A DNA stretch of 64,000 bases from an uncultured Gemmatimonadales bacterium (GCA_963851265.1 CAWKNZ010000006.1:32001-96000), one strand, 5' to 3'; positions 31,783 to 42,196 are shown, counted from the stretch's first letter. The notes: generated by a model not told the origin, from the sequence alone. Numbers and translations: made by a program.

Positions 31783-34203
31783 TCAGGCGGCCGCCGGCTC
31801 GGCCGGCGCGCCGCGGGCGACCCTGGGAATCGTGACGAAGAACGTGGTCCCCTCGCCCGGCGTTGACGTGAGCCACGCCCGCCCGCCGCGCGACTCCACG
31901 ATCTTCTTCACGACGGAGAGGCCGATGCCGGTGCCCTCCACCTTGTCGCGCGCCTGCAACGTCTGGAAGATCCCCCAGATGCGATCGTGATACTCGGGCG
32001 CGAGCCCCGGGCCGTTGTCCGCGACCGACAGCTCCACCCACGACCCCGCCGCGCGCCAGCCCACGCGCACCACAGGATCGGGACGCGAGGCGGCCGTGAA
32101 CTTCACGGCGTTCCCGACGAGGTTGAGGAGCACCTGTTGCAGCGGCACCCGTTCGGCGATGACCGTGGGCATGTCGCCGGCGACCTCGATGCGCGTGCCC
32201 GGCGGGGGACTCAGCAGCTCGGCCACGTCGCGCGCGAGTGCGCCCAGATCGACGCGCTCCGGCGCGACCTGTACGCGCCCCGCACGCGAGTACGCCAGGA
32301 TGCCGTCGATGAGCGCCTCCATCCGGTGCACGCGCCCCTTCAGCAGCCGCATGTGGTCGCGCGACTCGCCCGTGATGCGGTCGCCGAGGTCCTCCTCGAT
32401 CCACTGCGTGAGGTTGGCGATGCCGCGCAGCGGCGCCTTGAGGTCGTGCGACGCGACGTACGCGAACTGATCGAGCTCGCGGTTGCTCCGCTCCAGCGCT
32501 TCGGTCAGCGCACTCAGCTCCGCGGCCTTGCGCTCCAGCTCCTGCCGCGCGCGCACCTGGTCCGTCACCTCCACCGCGTGCGCGAGCACTCCGTCGAGTT
32601 TCCCGTCCGCCCCGCGGATCGGCTGGTAGACGATGTTGAACGATCCCTCCGCCTCGGTCCGCCCGTCCCCATCGCGGTCCCACCGGAGCAACATCTCGTT
32701 CACCACGGCGGCCTGTCCCGTCGCGTACACCTCGTCGATGAGCGCGAAGGCGCCCTGCTCCTCCAGCTCGGGGAACACCTCACGGATCGGTCGCCCGACC
32801 GTGCTCCGGCCCGCGATGGTGCGCGACAAGGCGTTCTGCATCACCCCGACGTGATCGGGCCCACGCGACATCGAGATCGCCGCGGGCGCCTGCTCCAGCA
32901 GCTCAGCCAATCGTGCCCGCTCGCGATCGAGCTCCGCCGCGAGCCGCTCGATCCGCTGGCGCGCGCGCACCTGTTCGGTGACTTCGACCGCGTGGATCAG
33001 CACGCCGGTCACCCGACCCGCAACATCGCGCAGGGGTTGGTACGAGAAGTTGAACAGGTACTCCTCAGGCACGCCGTCCCCGTCGCGGTCCAGCCCCGCG
33101 GGCATCTCGCTGCCGACGAACGGATCGCCCGTCGCGTAGACGCGGTCGAGCAGGTCGAAGAACTGCTGCCCTTCGAGGTCCGGAAACACCTCGCGGACCG
33201 TCCGGCCGAGCAGCGGCCGTCCGCCGGTAATCTCGACGAACGTCCGGTTCGCGACGGTGATGCAGTGCTCTGCCCCTTCGGTCACGGCGATCGCGGACGG
33301 CGCCTGCGTGAAGACTTCCTGAAGCCGCGCACGCTCGTGCCGCGTCTCGGCGAGGGCCCGGTCGCGCGCCTCCTCGAGCGCACGCCGCTCGCTGATGTCG
33401 GTGTGGATCCCGACCCACTCGCGGGTCGCGCCGTTCGCGTCGCCGATCGGCACCGCGCGCACCCAGAACTGGCGCCACACCCCGTCGTGTCGGCGGACCC
33501 GGTGCTCGACCTCGAACCGGCTCCGGTTGGTGACGGCCCGTCGCCAGGCGACGAGGGTGGGTGCGCGGTCGTCGGGGTGTACCGCGTCCGACCACCCGTA
33601 CCCGGCGTACTCGGCCGGCGTCTGTCCGGTGAGCCGCGCCCACCCGGGCTCGTCGCCGGTCATCCGCCCCTCGGGGTCGTTGGTCCAGATGTACTGGTCG
33701 GTGGCGTCGACCAGTGCCCGGAAGCGCTCCTCGCTCACCAGCAGCTGCTGCTCAGCGCGCTTCGTCGCGGTGACATCGACGGTCATGCCGTCGAACCGGA
33801 TCGGCTGTCCGTCGTCGCCGTACGCGGTGTACCCGATCGCACGCACCCAGCGCACCTCGCCGTCCCGCTCGTGCCCGTCGGGCGCGACCGTGCGGTACTC
33901 GATGTCGTAGGCCGAGTGGTCGGCGATAGAGCGCGCGATCGCGGCACGCGTGGTCTCGCGGTCGTCCGGATGGATGCGCTCGTAGAACGTCTCGATCGTC
34001 ACCCGTGCCTCGGGCGGGAGCCAGAAGTGCTCCTTGACCTTCCCGTCCCATGCCAGCTCGTCGAACGGAAGGTCGCAATACCAGAGCCCCACGTCGACGG
34101 CGGCGAGCATCTCGTCCTGCCGCGCGCGCGCACGGGAGGCACTGACGCGGTCGAGGATCGTGGACGGACCGGCCTCGGACGCGAGGTCTGTGGTGTCGGA
34201 CAT
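31783..34203 (-). CDS. Multi-PAS histidine kinase (phytochrome-type kinase core, no GAF/PHY)
   Basis: Four PAS domains, then LDQFAYVASHDLKAPLRGI, NLVGNAVKF, DNGPG, GTGIGL. Confidence 0.92.
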   Translation of the reverse strand: MSDTTDLASEAGPSTILDRVSASRARARQDEMLAAVDVGLWYCDLPFDELAWDGKVKEHFWLPPEARVTIETFYERIHPDDRETTRAAIARSIADHSAYDIEYRTVAPDGHERDGEVRWVRAIGYTAYGDDGQPIRFDGMTVDVTATKRAEQQLLVSEERFRALVDATDQYIWTNDPEGRMTGDEPGWARLTGQTPAEYAGYGWSDAVHPDDRAPTLVAWRRAVTNRSRFEVEHRVRRHDGVWRQFWVRAVPIGDANGATREWVGIHTDISERRALEEARDRALAETRHERARLQEVFTQAPSAIAVTEGAEHCITVANRTFVEITGGRPLLGRTVREVFPDLEGQQFFDLLDRVYATGDPFVGSEMPAGLDRDGDGVPEEYLFNFSYQPLRDVAGRVTGVLIHAVEVTEQVRARQRIERLAAELDRERARLAELLEQAPAAISMSRGPDHVGVMQNALSRTIAGRSTVGRPIREVFPELEEQGAFALIDEVYATGQAAVVNEMLLRWDRDGDGRTEAEGSFNIVYQPIRGADGKLDGVLAHAVEVTDQVRARQELERKAAELSALTEALERSNRELDQFAYVASHDLKAPLRGIANLTQWIEEDLGDRITGESRDHMRLLKGRVHRMEALIDGILAYSRAGRVQVAPERVDLGALARDVAELLSPPPGTRIEVAGDMPTVIAERVPLQQVLLNLVGNAVKFTAASRPDPVVRVGWRAAGSWVELSVADNGPGLAPEYHDRIWGIFQTLQARDKVEGTGIGLSVVKKIVESRGGRAWLTSTPGEGTTFFVTIPRVARGAPAEPAAA

Positions 34204-34391
34204 GTGGCGGGATGATGAACGACCAGAACGGGACGACTCGGGCTCCCGCGGGGAGCGCAAAAAGCGGACTTCCGCCGACCGCGCGGGTCCGCGTCACGCC
34301 ACCGGCCGAGGCGCGAACCGGCCGTACTGGCGTGCGGGCGCGCCGTGTCGGGCGCGCCCACGACGCACGCGCGGTGTGCGCGCGCAGGCCG

Positions 34392-36527
34392 TCAGGCGGT
34401 GGGCAACGTGAGCGTGAACGTCGATCCCACGCCCGGGGTGCTCTCGACCGCCAGTTCGCCACCCATGCCGCGCGCGAGGTCGCGGCTGATGGCCAGCCCA
34501 AGCCCCGTGCCCTCCGCGGTGCGCGTCAGCTCCGCGCGCACCTGCACGAACGGGTCGAAGATGCGCTCGCGCTGGTCTGCCGCGATGCCGATCCCGGTGT
34601 CCTGCACCGCGATGTGCACGCGCGCTCCGGCGTCGACGCACGAGAGGTCGATCCGCCCGCCGGGCTCCGTGAACTTCACGGCGTTGGAGAGCAGGTTCAC
34701 CAGCACCTGTCGCAGCTTCTCGGCGTCGGCCCGCACGACCAGATCGGCGTGACACTCGGGCGAAGCGAGGGTGAGTCGCTTCGCGTGCGCCTGGGGCGCC
34801 ACCAACGCTTCCGCGCCGGCAAGCGCGTCGCGCACCCGCACCGCGGTCACGTCGAATTGCACCACGCCGGTCTCGAGCTTCGCGTAGTTGAGCACCTCGT
34901 TGATCAGCCCGAGCAGGTGGCGCTGGCTCGCCTGGAGGCGCCGCAGGTCGTCGAGCTGCTGCGTGGTGACCGGGCCGCGGATGCCCATCTCCATCAGGGA
35001 GGCATAGCCGCCGATCGCGTTCAGCGGCGTGCGCAACTCGTGCGACATCACGGCGAGGAACTCGCTCTTCGCGCGGTTCGCCGCCTCCGCCTCGCGACGG
35101 GCCGCTTCCGCGTCCGCGAGGAGCCGCTCGCGCTCGGCCTCCGCCGCCTTGCGCGCGCCGACGTCGCGGAAGTGCACCATCAGCCCGCCCGCCCACGGGT
35201 ACGTCCGGACGTCGAACCATGTCCCGAGCGGCGGGAAGTACGCCTCCGCGGACGTCACCCGCCCCTCGGACATCGCCGCCCGGTACGGCTCTTCGAACGC
35301 GGACCCGGCGACGTCCGGGAATGCGTCCCAGAGCGTGCGTCCGAGCAGCCGCTCGCGCGTCGTCTGGAGCATTGGCTCGGCCGCGGCGTTCACGTACGTG
35401 AAGCGCCACTCGCGGTCGAGCAGGTAGAACGCGTCGGCGATACTCGCGAGCACCGCCTCGGCGCGCGCCGCCGTCGCCGCGGCATCGGCGCGCGCTCGCT
35501 CGCTCTCCGCCAGCAGGCGCTCGACCTCGCGGCGTGCGCGGACCTGCTCGGTCACGTCGACGGCGAAGTTGAGGATCGCGCTCACCCGCCCCTGGCCGTC
35601 GCGCACCGGCTCGAAGCGCAGGTTGAACCACGTGTCCTGCACGCCCGTGCCGTCGCGGTCGTAGCGCACGAGCGTCTCGGGCCCGTCCCACGCCGTGCCG
35701 GTCGTGTACACCTGATCGAACAGCTCGTAGATGCCGCTCCCGGCGAGTTCGGGGAACGCCTCGGGCGGCGTCAGACCCGTGACGTCGCGCCCGCCGCCGC
35801 TGACGCGCTTGTAGGCGTCGTTGACGAGCACGAAGCGGTGCTCCGGGCCGACGAGCAGCGACAGCGGCGCCGGCATGTTCAGGACGATGGCGCGCAACGT
35901 GGCCCGCTCGGCGTCGAGTGCCGCGAGCAGGGCAAGCCGATCCGCCTCGGCGCGCACGCGGGCCGTGGTCTCGGCCACGGTGACGAGCACGCCGGCGACG
36001 GCGCCCGCGTCGTCGCGCACCGGAGCGTACGAGAACGTGAACGCCGCGTCCTCGCGCACCCCGGGGCCGAGCACGCCATCGTGCGTGATCGGGAAACGCG
36101 CGTTCTCGACCACCACCGTCTCGCCCGCCCACACCCGGTCGTAGATCGGCGCGTTGAGGTCCCACACCTCGGGCCAGCACGCGCGGGTCGGCTGGCCGAG
36201 GCCGGCCGGGTGCCGGTCTAGCATCAGCGCGTCGTAGCCGTCGTTGTAGAGTTGCACGAGCGCCGGGCCCCAGAGCAACAACGTCGGGAACCCTGCCGCG
36301 AGCGCGAGCCCCGCCGCCGTCCGCAAAGTCGCGGACCATTCCGCGACCGGGCCGAGCGGCGTCGCCGACCAGTCGAGTGTGCGGCACCGGCGGGCCATCT
36401 CGCCGTCGCCCGGGAAGACCGCCGCTGCCGCGTCGGGCACCTCGCGGTCGGACGCGCGCGCTGGGGGGAGCGCCCCGCCATCATGGGCGACACCATCGGC
36501 GAGCGAGAGCGAGCGTGGATCCGACAT
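34392..36527 (-). CDS. Multi-PAS histidine kinase
   Basis: DWSATPLGP N-terminal module, PAS domains, SHELRTPLNAI, NLLSNAVKFT, GTGLGL. Confidence 0.92.
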   Translation of the reverse strand: MSDPRSLSLADGVAHDGGALPPARASDREVPDAAAAVFPGDGEMARRCRTLDWSATPLGPVAEWSATLRTAAGLALAAGFPTLLLWGPALVQLYNDGYDALMLDRHPAGLGQPTRACWPEVWDLNAPIYDRVWAGETVVVENARFPITHDGVLGPGVREDAAFTFSYAPVRDDAGAVAGVLVTVAETTARVRAEADRLALLAALDAERATLRAIVLNMPAPLSLLVGPEHRFVLVNDAYKRVSGGGRDVTGLTPPEAFPELAGSGIYELFDQVYTTGTAWDGPETLVRYDRDGTGVQDTWFNLRFEPVRDGQGRVSAILNFAVDVTEQVRARREVERLLAESERARADAAATAARAEAVLASIADAFYLLDREWRFTYVNAAAEPMLQTTRERLLGRTLWDAFPDVAGSAFEEPYRAAMSEGRVTSAEAYFPPLGTWFDVRTYPWAGGLMVHFRDVGARKAAEAERERLLADAEAARREAEAANRAKSEFLAVMSHELRTPLNAIGGYASLMEMGIRGPVTTQQLDDLRRLQASQRHLLGLINEVLNYAKLETGVVQFDVTAVRVRDALAGAEALVAPQAHAKRLTLASPECHADLVVRADAEKLRQVLVNLLSNAVKFTEPGGRIDLSCVDAGARVHIAVQDTGIGIAADQRERIFDPFVQVRAELTRTAEGTGLGLAISRDLARGMGGELAVESTPGVGSTFTLTLPTA

Positions 36528-36656
36528 GCGCGCAAGTTCGGCCCACGACGTCGGCCAGGGAAGTCCAAGCCGGCGCGCGGAGCGCGCGCGGGGCGGCGGC
36601 GGGAGCGTGGATCGCGGGCGATCGCGCGGCGCGTGATGCCTAACGCGGCGCCGCGG

Positions 36657-38288
36657 TCACCGTCCCGCGATCCGGAGCGCCGGGGCCGGAGACCCGGCCG
36701 GCGCGCGTCGCGCCGGGCCCCGCGCCGTGTTCTCGAGGATGAGGACGGTCGGCGCATCGGGCCGGCGCCAGCCGGCCGACAGGCCGCGGCGGTCGCCCTG
36801 CCCGTCCATCGCCGCGAACGACCCGAGCACGAGGTCGTCGCGGCCGTCGCCGTTCACGTCGCCGACGTCCATCGTCAGCCAGCGCCCGCGGTTGGCGTCC
36901 GCGAACGTCCACGCCCGGAACTTCATTCCGCCGAGATTCTCCAGGTAGACGAACGAGAGCGGCGCGGCCGCGGTGTAGTCCGGGTAGAACGAGATCGCCG
37001 CGATGTCGACGCGCCCCGTGCCGCTGAAATCGCGCGCGACCGCCTTGTACGCGCCCGGCATCGGGAAGAAGTACCGCTCGGCGAAGCGGCCCCGGCCGTC
37101 GTTCGCGTAGACGTGGATGCCGTGGTACGGCTTCGCGGGACTCGGGTAGTCGCCGTTGTCGCCGTTGGTGTAGATGATGTCCGGGTGGCCGTCCCCGTTC
37201 ACGTCGCCGAGCGACATGCTCGTGGAGCCGTACGAGGGCGGGAAGCGGAGCAGCCACTCGCGGACGAAGCTGCCGTCGGGCCGGTTGTGGAACACCGATA
37301 TGCCCTCGTCCGCCTGCGCGTTGAGCGCGAGGATGTCGGGGCGCCCGTCGCCGTCGACGTCCTGGACGACGGTGTTCATCGCGCCCGGCTCGGCGTTCAG
37401 CACGTGGCGCCGGCTCCCGCCGCCGCGCAGCCGCTCGTACCACGCGAGGCGCCCGGTCAGGTTGCCGAACTCGCTCACCACCGCGTCCTCGACCCCGTCG
37501 CCGTTCAGGTCGGCGTACGACGCGAACACCGGCCGCTGCAGGGTGTCGACCTCCCACGCGATGTTCGGCCCACCGCCGGCCCCCCACGACGAGATGAGCG
37601 CGAGGGCGCCGCGCGGCACGTCCGACGGGTTGAGCTTGCCCATGAACACGAGCCCGAGCGTGTCGCCCGACACGTGCAGGTTGGACACCGGCGAGGGAAT
37701 CGGGTGCGTCGCGACCGCGTGGCCGCGCTGGTCCAGCACGGCGAGCACACTATGCCCGGGGTTCGCGTCGCCGACGTAGGTCCGGCCGTGCGCCGCGTCC
37801 ACCTGCACCAGCGTCACCATCGGGTTCGCGATGTGGAAGTCCGGCACGCGCACGCGGAACCCGGGCAGCCCGACGGTGACGGCCGGCGTGGCCGCCGCGG
37901 GCAGCACGGCGGGCGCGTTGCGCACGTAGTACGCGGCGAGCCGGTCCCACTCCGCGCGCGTCAGTAGCGCCGAGTCGGAGAAGACGTGCGCCGCGCGGAC
38001 GATCTGCCCCCCCACGCCCCCCTCGAGCACCTCGAGATTCTCGGGCTTGCCGACCCCCCGAAGTCCGAGCCGCCGCGCCATCCGCGGCAGCACGTACTGG
38101 TTCCAACTCGCCGTGTCGAGCAGGTCGGGCGTGGGGAGGATGTGACAGCCCTGGCAGTACTGCGTTGCGAGCTGCTCGCCCGAGCGAGTGGCGCGCGCCG
38201 CCGGCGCGTCGGGCCGGGCGCAGGCGAACGCCGCGAGCGCGACGAGGGTCGCGCCGAACGCGCGGACGAGATGTGTGCTGCGATACAC
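36657..38288 (-). CDS. Lipoprotein with N-terminal c-type heme motif and FG-GAP/VCBS repeats
   Basis: Lipobox-like LAAFAC, CQGCH, and repeats DLNGDGVED, DVDGDGRPDI, DVNGDGHPDI, DVNGDGRDDL. Confidence 0.85.
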   Translation of the reverse strand: MYRSTHLVRAFGATLVALAAFACARPDAPAARATRSGEQLATQYCQGCHILPTPDLLDTASWNQYVLPRMARRLGLRGVGKPENLEVLEGGVGGQIVRAAHVFSDSALLTRAEWDRLAAYYVRNAPAVLPAAATPAVTVGLPGFRVRVPDFHIANPMVTLVQVDAAHGRTYVGDANPGHSVLAVLDQRGHAVATHPIPSPVSNLHVSGDTLGLVFMGKLNPSDVPRGALALISSWGAGGGPNIAWEVDTLQRPVFASYADLNGDGVEDAVVSEFGNLTGRLAWYERLRGGGSRRHVLNAEPGAMNTVVQDVDGDGRPDILALNAQADEGISVFHNRPDGSFVREWLLRFPPSYGSTSMSLGDVNGDGHPDIIYTNGDNGDYPSPAKPYHGIHVYANDGRGRFAERYFFPMPGAYKAVARDFSGTGRVDIAAISFYPDYTAAAPLSFVYLENLGGMKFRAWTFADANRGRWLTMDVGDVNGDGRDDLVLGSFAAMDGQGDRRGLSAGWRRPDAPTVLILENTARGPARRAPAGSPAPALRIAGR

Positions 38289-38408
38289 CGATCGGAGATT
38301 CTGGGGAGGGTCGCCGCCGCGCGACGCGCGGCTACCGTCGAGGCCGGCCGCCGGAGCGTACGATAGAGCGCGGCGCGCACGCGCGCGAGCGGCCGGCGCC
38401 GCCGGCGT

Positions 38409-39314
38409 CTAACGCGTCGGCGGCGCCGCGTCGGGCGCGAGCAGCGCCTCGAACGCGACGGCGGGCACTCCGGGACGCCGCCCTTCGAGCCGCAGCCGCG
38501 TGAGCGGCCGCCGGATCACCAGCCCGGCCACGCGCACCGCGCCCACCCGCCCGAGCACGAGCTGGTCGGCCGCGGCCGCGCGCGACACGACCGCGAGGCC
38601 GAGCCCGGCGGCCACTGCCTCCTTCACGCCTTCCGTACTCCCCAGGGTGAGCGTGACGCGCGGCCGCACGCCGTGCGCGGCGAGTGCGGCCTCCGCCACG
38701 ACGCGCGTGCCGGAGCCGCGCTCGCGCGCGATGAACGCGTACTCGCCTAACGCCGCGGGCGCGACGGGCCGCGACGCCCCGAGCAGTGCGTGCCCCGGCG
38801 GCGCGAGCACCACCAACTCGTCCTCGCGCCACGCGTCCGCGAGCACCCGCGCGTCGGCCACGGGCCCCTCGACGAGCGCCACGTCGAGCCGGCGCTGCAG
38901 CAGCAGGCGCGCGATGGCGCGCGTGTTGGCGCTGGCTACCCGCACGGTGACGCCGGGGTGCGCGGCCCGGAACGCGCCGAGCAGCGGGGCGAGGTAGTAG
39001 GTCGCGACGGTGGTGCTCGCTCCCAGCCGGAGCACGCCCGCGTCGAGCCCGCGGCGCGCCCGGACCTCCTCCTCGGCCGTGCGTTCGACGGCGAACAGCT
39101 CGCGCGCACGCTGATACAGGGCCGCGCCGGCTTCGGTGAGGCGCACGCCACCTGCGCCGCGCTCGAGCAGCGGCAGTCCGACGTCGCGTTCGAGGCCGAG
39201 CACCGCCTTCGACACGGCGGGCTGGCTGAGCCGGAGCGCCGTCGCCGCGCGCGAGAAGCCGCCGCACTCGGCGACCGCCGCGAACGCGCGGAGTGCGTGC
39301 AGGTTGAGCGCCAT
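38409..39314 (-). CDS. LysR family regulator (YeiE/CysL-like)
   Basis: FSRAATALRLSQPAVS, LGASTT, RERGSGTR, STEGVK. Divergent from the YeiH gene. Confidence 0.92.
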   Translation of the reverse strand: MALNLHALRAFAAVAECGGFSRAATALRLSQPAVSKAVLGLERDVGLPLLERGAGGVRLTEAGAALYQRARELFAVERTAEEEVRARRGLDAGVLRLGASTTVATYYLAPLLGAFRAAHPGVTVRVASANTRAIARLLLQRRLDVALVEGPVADARVLADAWREDELVVLAPPGHALLGASRPVAPAALGEYAFIARERGSGTRVVAEAALAAHGVRPRVTLTLGSTEGVKEAVAAGLGLAVVSRAAAADQLVLGRVGAVRVAGLVIRRPLTRLRLEGRRPGVPAVAFEALLAPDAAPPTR

Positions 39315-39360
39315 GCCCGAAAGTAATGGTGCTATGAAAAGAATGTCTTGGACTTATGGT
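39315..39360. promoter_or_regulatory. AT-rich divergent promoter / probable LysR operator
   Basis: AT-rich patch aaagtaatggtgctatgaaaagaatgtcttggacttat between the divergent LysR and YeiH genes. Confidence 0.5.
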
Positions 39361-39382
39361 GGTACGGGGCGCACCGTTCGGC

Positions 39383-40462
39383 ATGGCCCAACCCCTCGCT
39401 GCCCCGCACCCCGCTCCGATCGGCTCGCGCATCGCCGCGCTCCTGCCCGGCGGCGGGCTGACCGCGATCGTCGGCCTGGTGTCGTGGGGCGTCGCGCTCG
39501 CCGAGGAGCGCGCGTTCGGCCACCCGATCGTCGAGGCGCTGGTGGTCGCGATCCTGCTCGGGATGGTCGTGCGCACGCTCTGGACGCCGCCGCGCGCACT
39601 CGAGGCGGGGGTGCGCTTCGCCGCCAAGGAGGTGCTCGAACTGGCCGTCCTGCTCCTCGGCGTCTCGGTCGACCTTCCGCTGCTGCTGCGTGCGGGGCCC
39701 GCACTCGCGGCCGGCATCGTGCTGCTCGTCGTGCTCGGGATCACCTGCAGCTACGGCCTCGGGCGCGCGCTCGGCCTCGCTCCGAAGCTGGCCGTCCTGG
39801 TCGCGTGCGGGAACTCGATCTGCGGCAACTCGGCCATCGCCGCCGTCGCCCCCGTCATCGACGCCGAGCCGGAGCACGTCGCCTCGGCGATCGCGTTCAC
39901 CGCGATCCTCGGCGTCGCGGTCGTCCTCGGCCTGCCGCTGCTCGTCCGTCCGTTAGGCCTGAGCTTCTACCAGTACGGCGTGCTCGCCGGGCTCACCGTA
40001 TATGCGGTGCCGCAGGTGCTCGCCGCGGCGTTCCCGGTGAGCGTGCTGAGCGGCCAGGTGGGGACGCTCGTCAAGCTCGTGCGCGTGCTGATGCTCGGCC
40101 CCGTGGTCGTGTTCTTCGCGCTCCGCTACCAGCGCGCCGCGCGCGCGGGGGCCGGCGCGGGCGTGCCCGGCGGCGCGCCGCGCCCGCGCATCTCGGTGAC
40201 GCGGTTCGTGCCGTGGTTCATCGTCGGGTTCCTCGCGCTCGCCGGGCTGCGGTCGGCCGGCGTGCTGCCGCCGGCGGTGGCGACACCCGCGCGCACGCTC
40301 TCCGCCTGGCTCACGATCGCGGCGATGGCCGGACTCGGCCTCGGGGTGGACCTCAAGGTGATCGCGCGCGTGGGGCGGCCGGTGATCGCGACCGTCACCG
40401 GCTCGCTCGTGCTGCTGATCGTGCTCGGCGTGACGCTCATCCGCACACTCGGAATTCGCTGA
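39383..40462 (+). CDS. YeiH family membrane protein (putative sulfate exporter)
   Basis: CGNSICGNSAIAA, GLTVYAVPQVLAA, VKLVRVLMLGP and multiple TM segments. Confidence 0.9.
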   Translation: MAQPLAAPHPAPIGSRIAALLPGGGLTAIVGLVSWGVALAEERAFGHPIVEALVVAILLGMVVRTLWTPPRALEAGVRFAAKEVLELAVLLLGVSVDLPLLLRAGPALAAGIVLLVVLGITCSYGLGRALGLAPKLAVLVACGNSICGNSAIAAVAPVIDAEPEHVASAIAFTAILGVAVVLGLPLLVRPLGLSFYQYGVLAGLTVYAVPQVLAAAFPVSVLSGQVGTLVKLVRVLMLGPVVVFFALRYQRAARAGAGAGVPGGAPRPRISVTRFVPWFIVGFLALAGLRSAGVLPPAVATPARTLSAWLTIAAMAGLGLGVDLKVIARVGRPVIATVTGSLVLLIVLGVTLIRTLGIR

Positions 40463-40490
40463 GCGCCCGCGGCAGGCCGGCCGCGCGCGG

Positions 40491-40955
40491 TCACCCCGGC
40501 CCGAGCGCCAGCGTCATGAACACACTGTTGGGATCGGCGCGGTAATCGCCGAACGGCCCGCACTCGACGAAGCCGTGGCGCGCGTACAGGGCGCGCGCGG
40601 GCGCGAAGTACGCCCACGAGCCGGTCTCGAGGCTCAGGCGCGAGATCCCGCGGGCGCGGGCCTCCGCGATCACGTGCGCGAGCAGCGCGGCGCCGACGCC
40701 GCGCCGGCGCGCCGATTCCGCGGTGTGCATCGACTTCACCTCACCGTGGTCGGCGGTGAGCCGCCGGAGCGCGGCGACGCCGAGCAGCGCGTCGCCATCC
40801 CACGCCGACCAGAATGCCACGTCGGGCGACCGCAGGCCCGTGAGGTCGAGGGCGTGCGCGCTGCCGCGCGCCGTTTCGGCCCGCGCCCGCGCGAGGTGCA
40901 CGCCCAGGAGTTCGACCACGCGCGGATCGTCGAGCCCGCCGTCCACGATTTGCAC
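40491..40955 (-). CDS. GNAT N-acetyltransferase
   Basis: GEVKSMHT, RRRGVG, LSLETG, ARALYARHGF. Confidence 0.9.
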   Translation of the reverse strand: MQIVDGGLDDPRVVELLGVHLARARAETARGSAHALDLTGLRSPDVAFWSAWDGDALLGVAALRRLTADHGEVKSMHTAESARRRGVGAALLAHVIAEARARGISRLSLETGSWAYFAPARALYARHGFVECGPFGDYRADPNSVFMTLALGPG

Positions 40956-40956
40956 G

Positions 40957-42069
40957 TCAGGCAGGCGCCTCCCACCGCCCCGTCTCCGCCGAGCGGAAGA
41001 GCGCGTCGATCACGGCCATGTTGCCGACCGCATCCTCGAGCGGGACCGGCACGGCGCCGACGCCGCGCACCGCCTCGGCGAAGCGGTCGGCCTGCAGCGT
41101 GTACTGGTCCACGGCCGGGAATTCGATGGGCGTTCCGGCGGCGCCGAGCTCCGCGCCGTCGTCCACGCGGACGCGCGCGGGGCGGTCCGCCGGCGCGTTG
41201 AAGGGGATCTCGACCTCGATGCGGCCCGCGGTTCCGAACACCTGCATGCGCTGGTGCGGGACCAGTTGCATGCTGCACGTGAAGGTGGCCTGTCCCGCGG
41301 CGAACTGCAGCATCCCGGACGCGAGCCGGTCGATGCCGAGCGTCGGGTCGCGCTCGATCATGCCGACGACGGCGAGCGGCTCCGCGCCGAACAGCCAGCG
41401 CGCGAGCATGATCGGGTAGCAGCCGACGTCCATCAGCCCCCCGCCGCCCCACTCGGGGCGGCTGCGCACGTCGGCCGGGTCGCGGCGGGAGTAGCTGAAG
41501 TGGCCCGCCACGACGCGGAGATCGCCGATGCGGCCGCCGCGCACGAGATCCCGGACGCCGAGCCACTGCGGGTGCGTGCGCACCATGAACGCTTCGGCGA
41601 TCTGCACGCCCGTGCGGTCGCGCACCGCGATGAGCGTGCGCGCTTCGTCGGCCGTCAGGGCGATCGGCTTCTCGCAGAGCACGTGCTTCCCCGCTTCCGC
41701 CGCGCGCACGGACCAGGGCACGTGCAGGTGGTTGGGCAGCGGATTGTAGACCGCGTCGACGTCGGGGTCGGCGAGCAGCTCCTCATATGAGCCGTACGCA
41801 CGCGGGATGGCCGCGGCGTCGGCGACCGCGCGCGCCTTGGCGAGGTCGCGTGAGGCGATCGCGACGACCTCCCCGTGCTGGCTCCGCTGCGTGGCCGGGA
41901 TCACGCGGCGCGTGGCGATCTTCGCCGCGCCGAGTACGCCCCAGCGGACGCGGGTGTTGGAGGGCGTGTTGGGCGGGGGGGATGCGGACAAGCCTGAGTC
42001 CTCGGACACGCCCGCGGGCGTGGCTGACGTGGGGCGCGGTGCGGAAGCGGCGTTGGGCACCGTTCGCAC
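40957..42069 (-). CDS. Gfo/Idh/MocA family oxidoreductase
   Basis: VRWGVLGAAKIA, GKHVLCEKP, GGGLMDVGCY. Start is uncertain. Confidence 0.9.
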   Translation of the reverse strand: MRTVPNAASAPRPTSATPAGVSEDSGLSASPPPNTPSNTRVRWGVLGAAKIATRRVIPATQRSQHGEVVAIASRDLAKARAVADAAAIPRAYGSYEELLADPDVDAVYNPLPNHLHVPWSVRAAEAGKHVLCEKPIALTADEARTLIAVRDRTGVQIAEAFMVRTHPQWLGVRDLVRGGRIGDLRVVAGHFSYSRRDPADVRSRPEWGGGGLMDVGCYPIMLARWLFGAEPLAVVGMIERDPTLGIDRLASGMLQFAAGQATFTCSMQLVPHQRMQVFGTAGRIEVEIPFNAPADRPARVRVDDGAELGAAGTPIEFPAVDQYTLQADRFAEAVRGVGAVPVPLEDAVGNMAVIDALFRSAETGRWEAPA

Positions 42070-42196
42070 GCGGGGGCGCTGCGCAAGTTGCGCGACCGCG
42101 GGCCCGGAGGGCTAGCGCGACCCGGTGCTTTGCGCCCGGCGGATGCGTGCCGTACTGTAGCGGCAAGGCCGTGGTCCTCTCCTCTTCGCTCCTGCC

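Noticed and set aside
31783..34203. Bacteriophytochrome
   Set aside because: The kinase core and partner regulator are phytochrome-like, but there is no GAF/PHY module or DIP motif.
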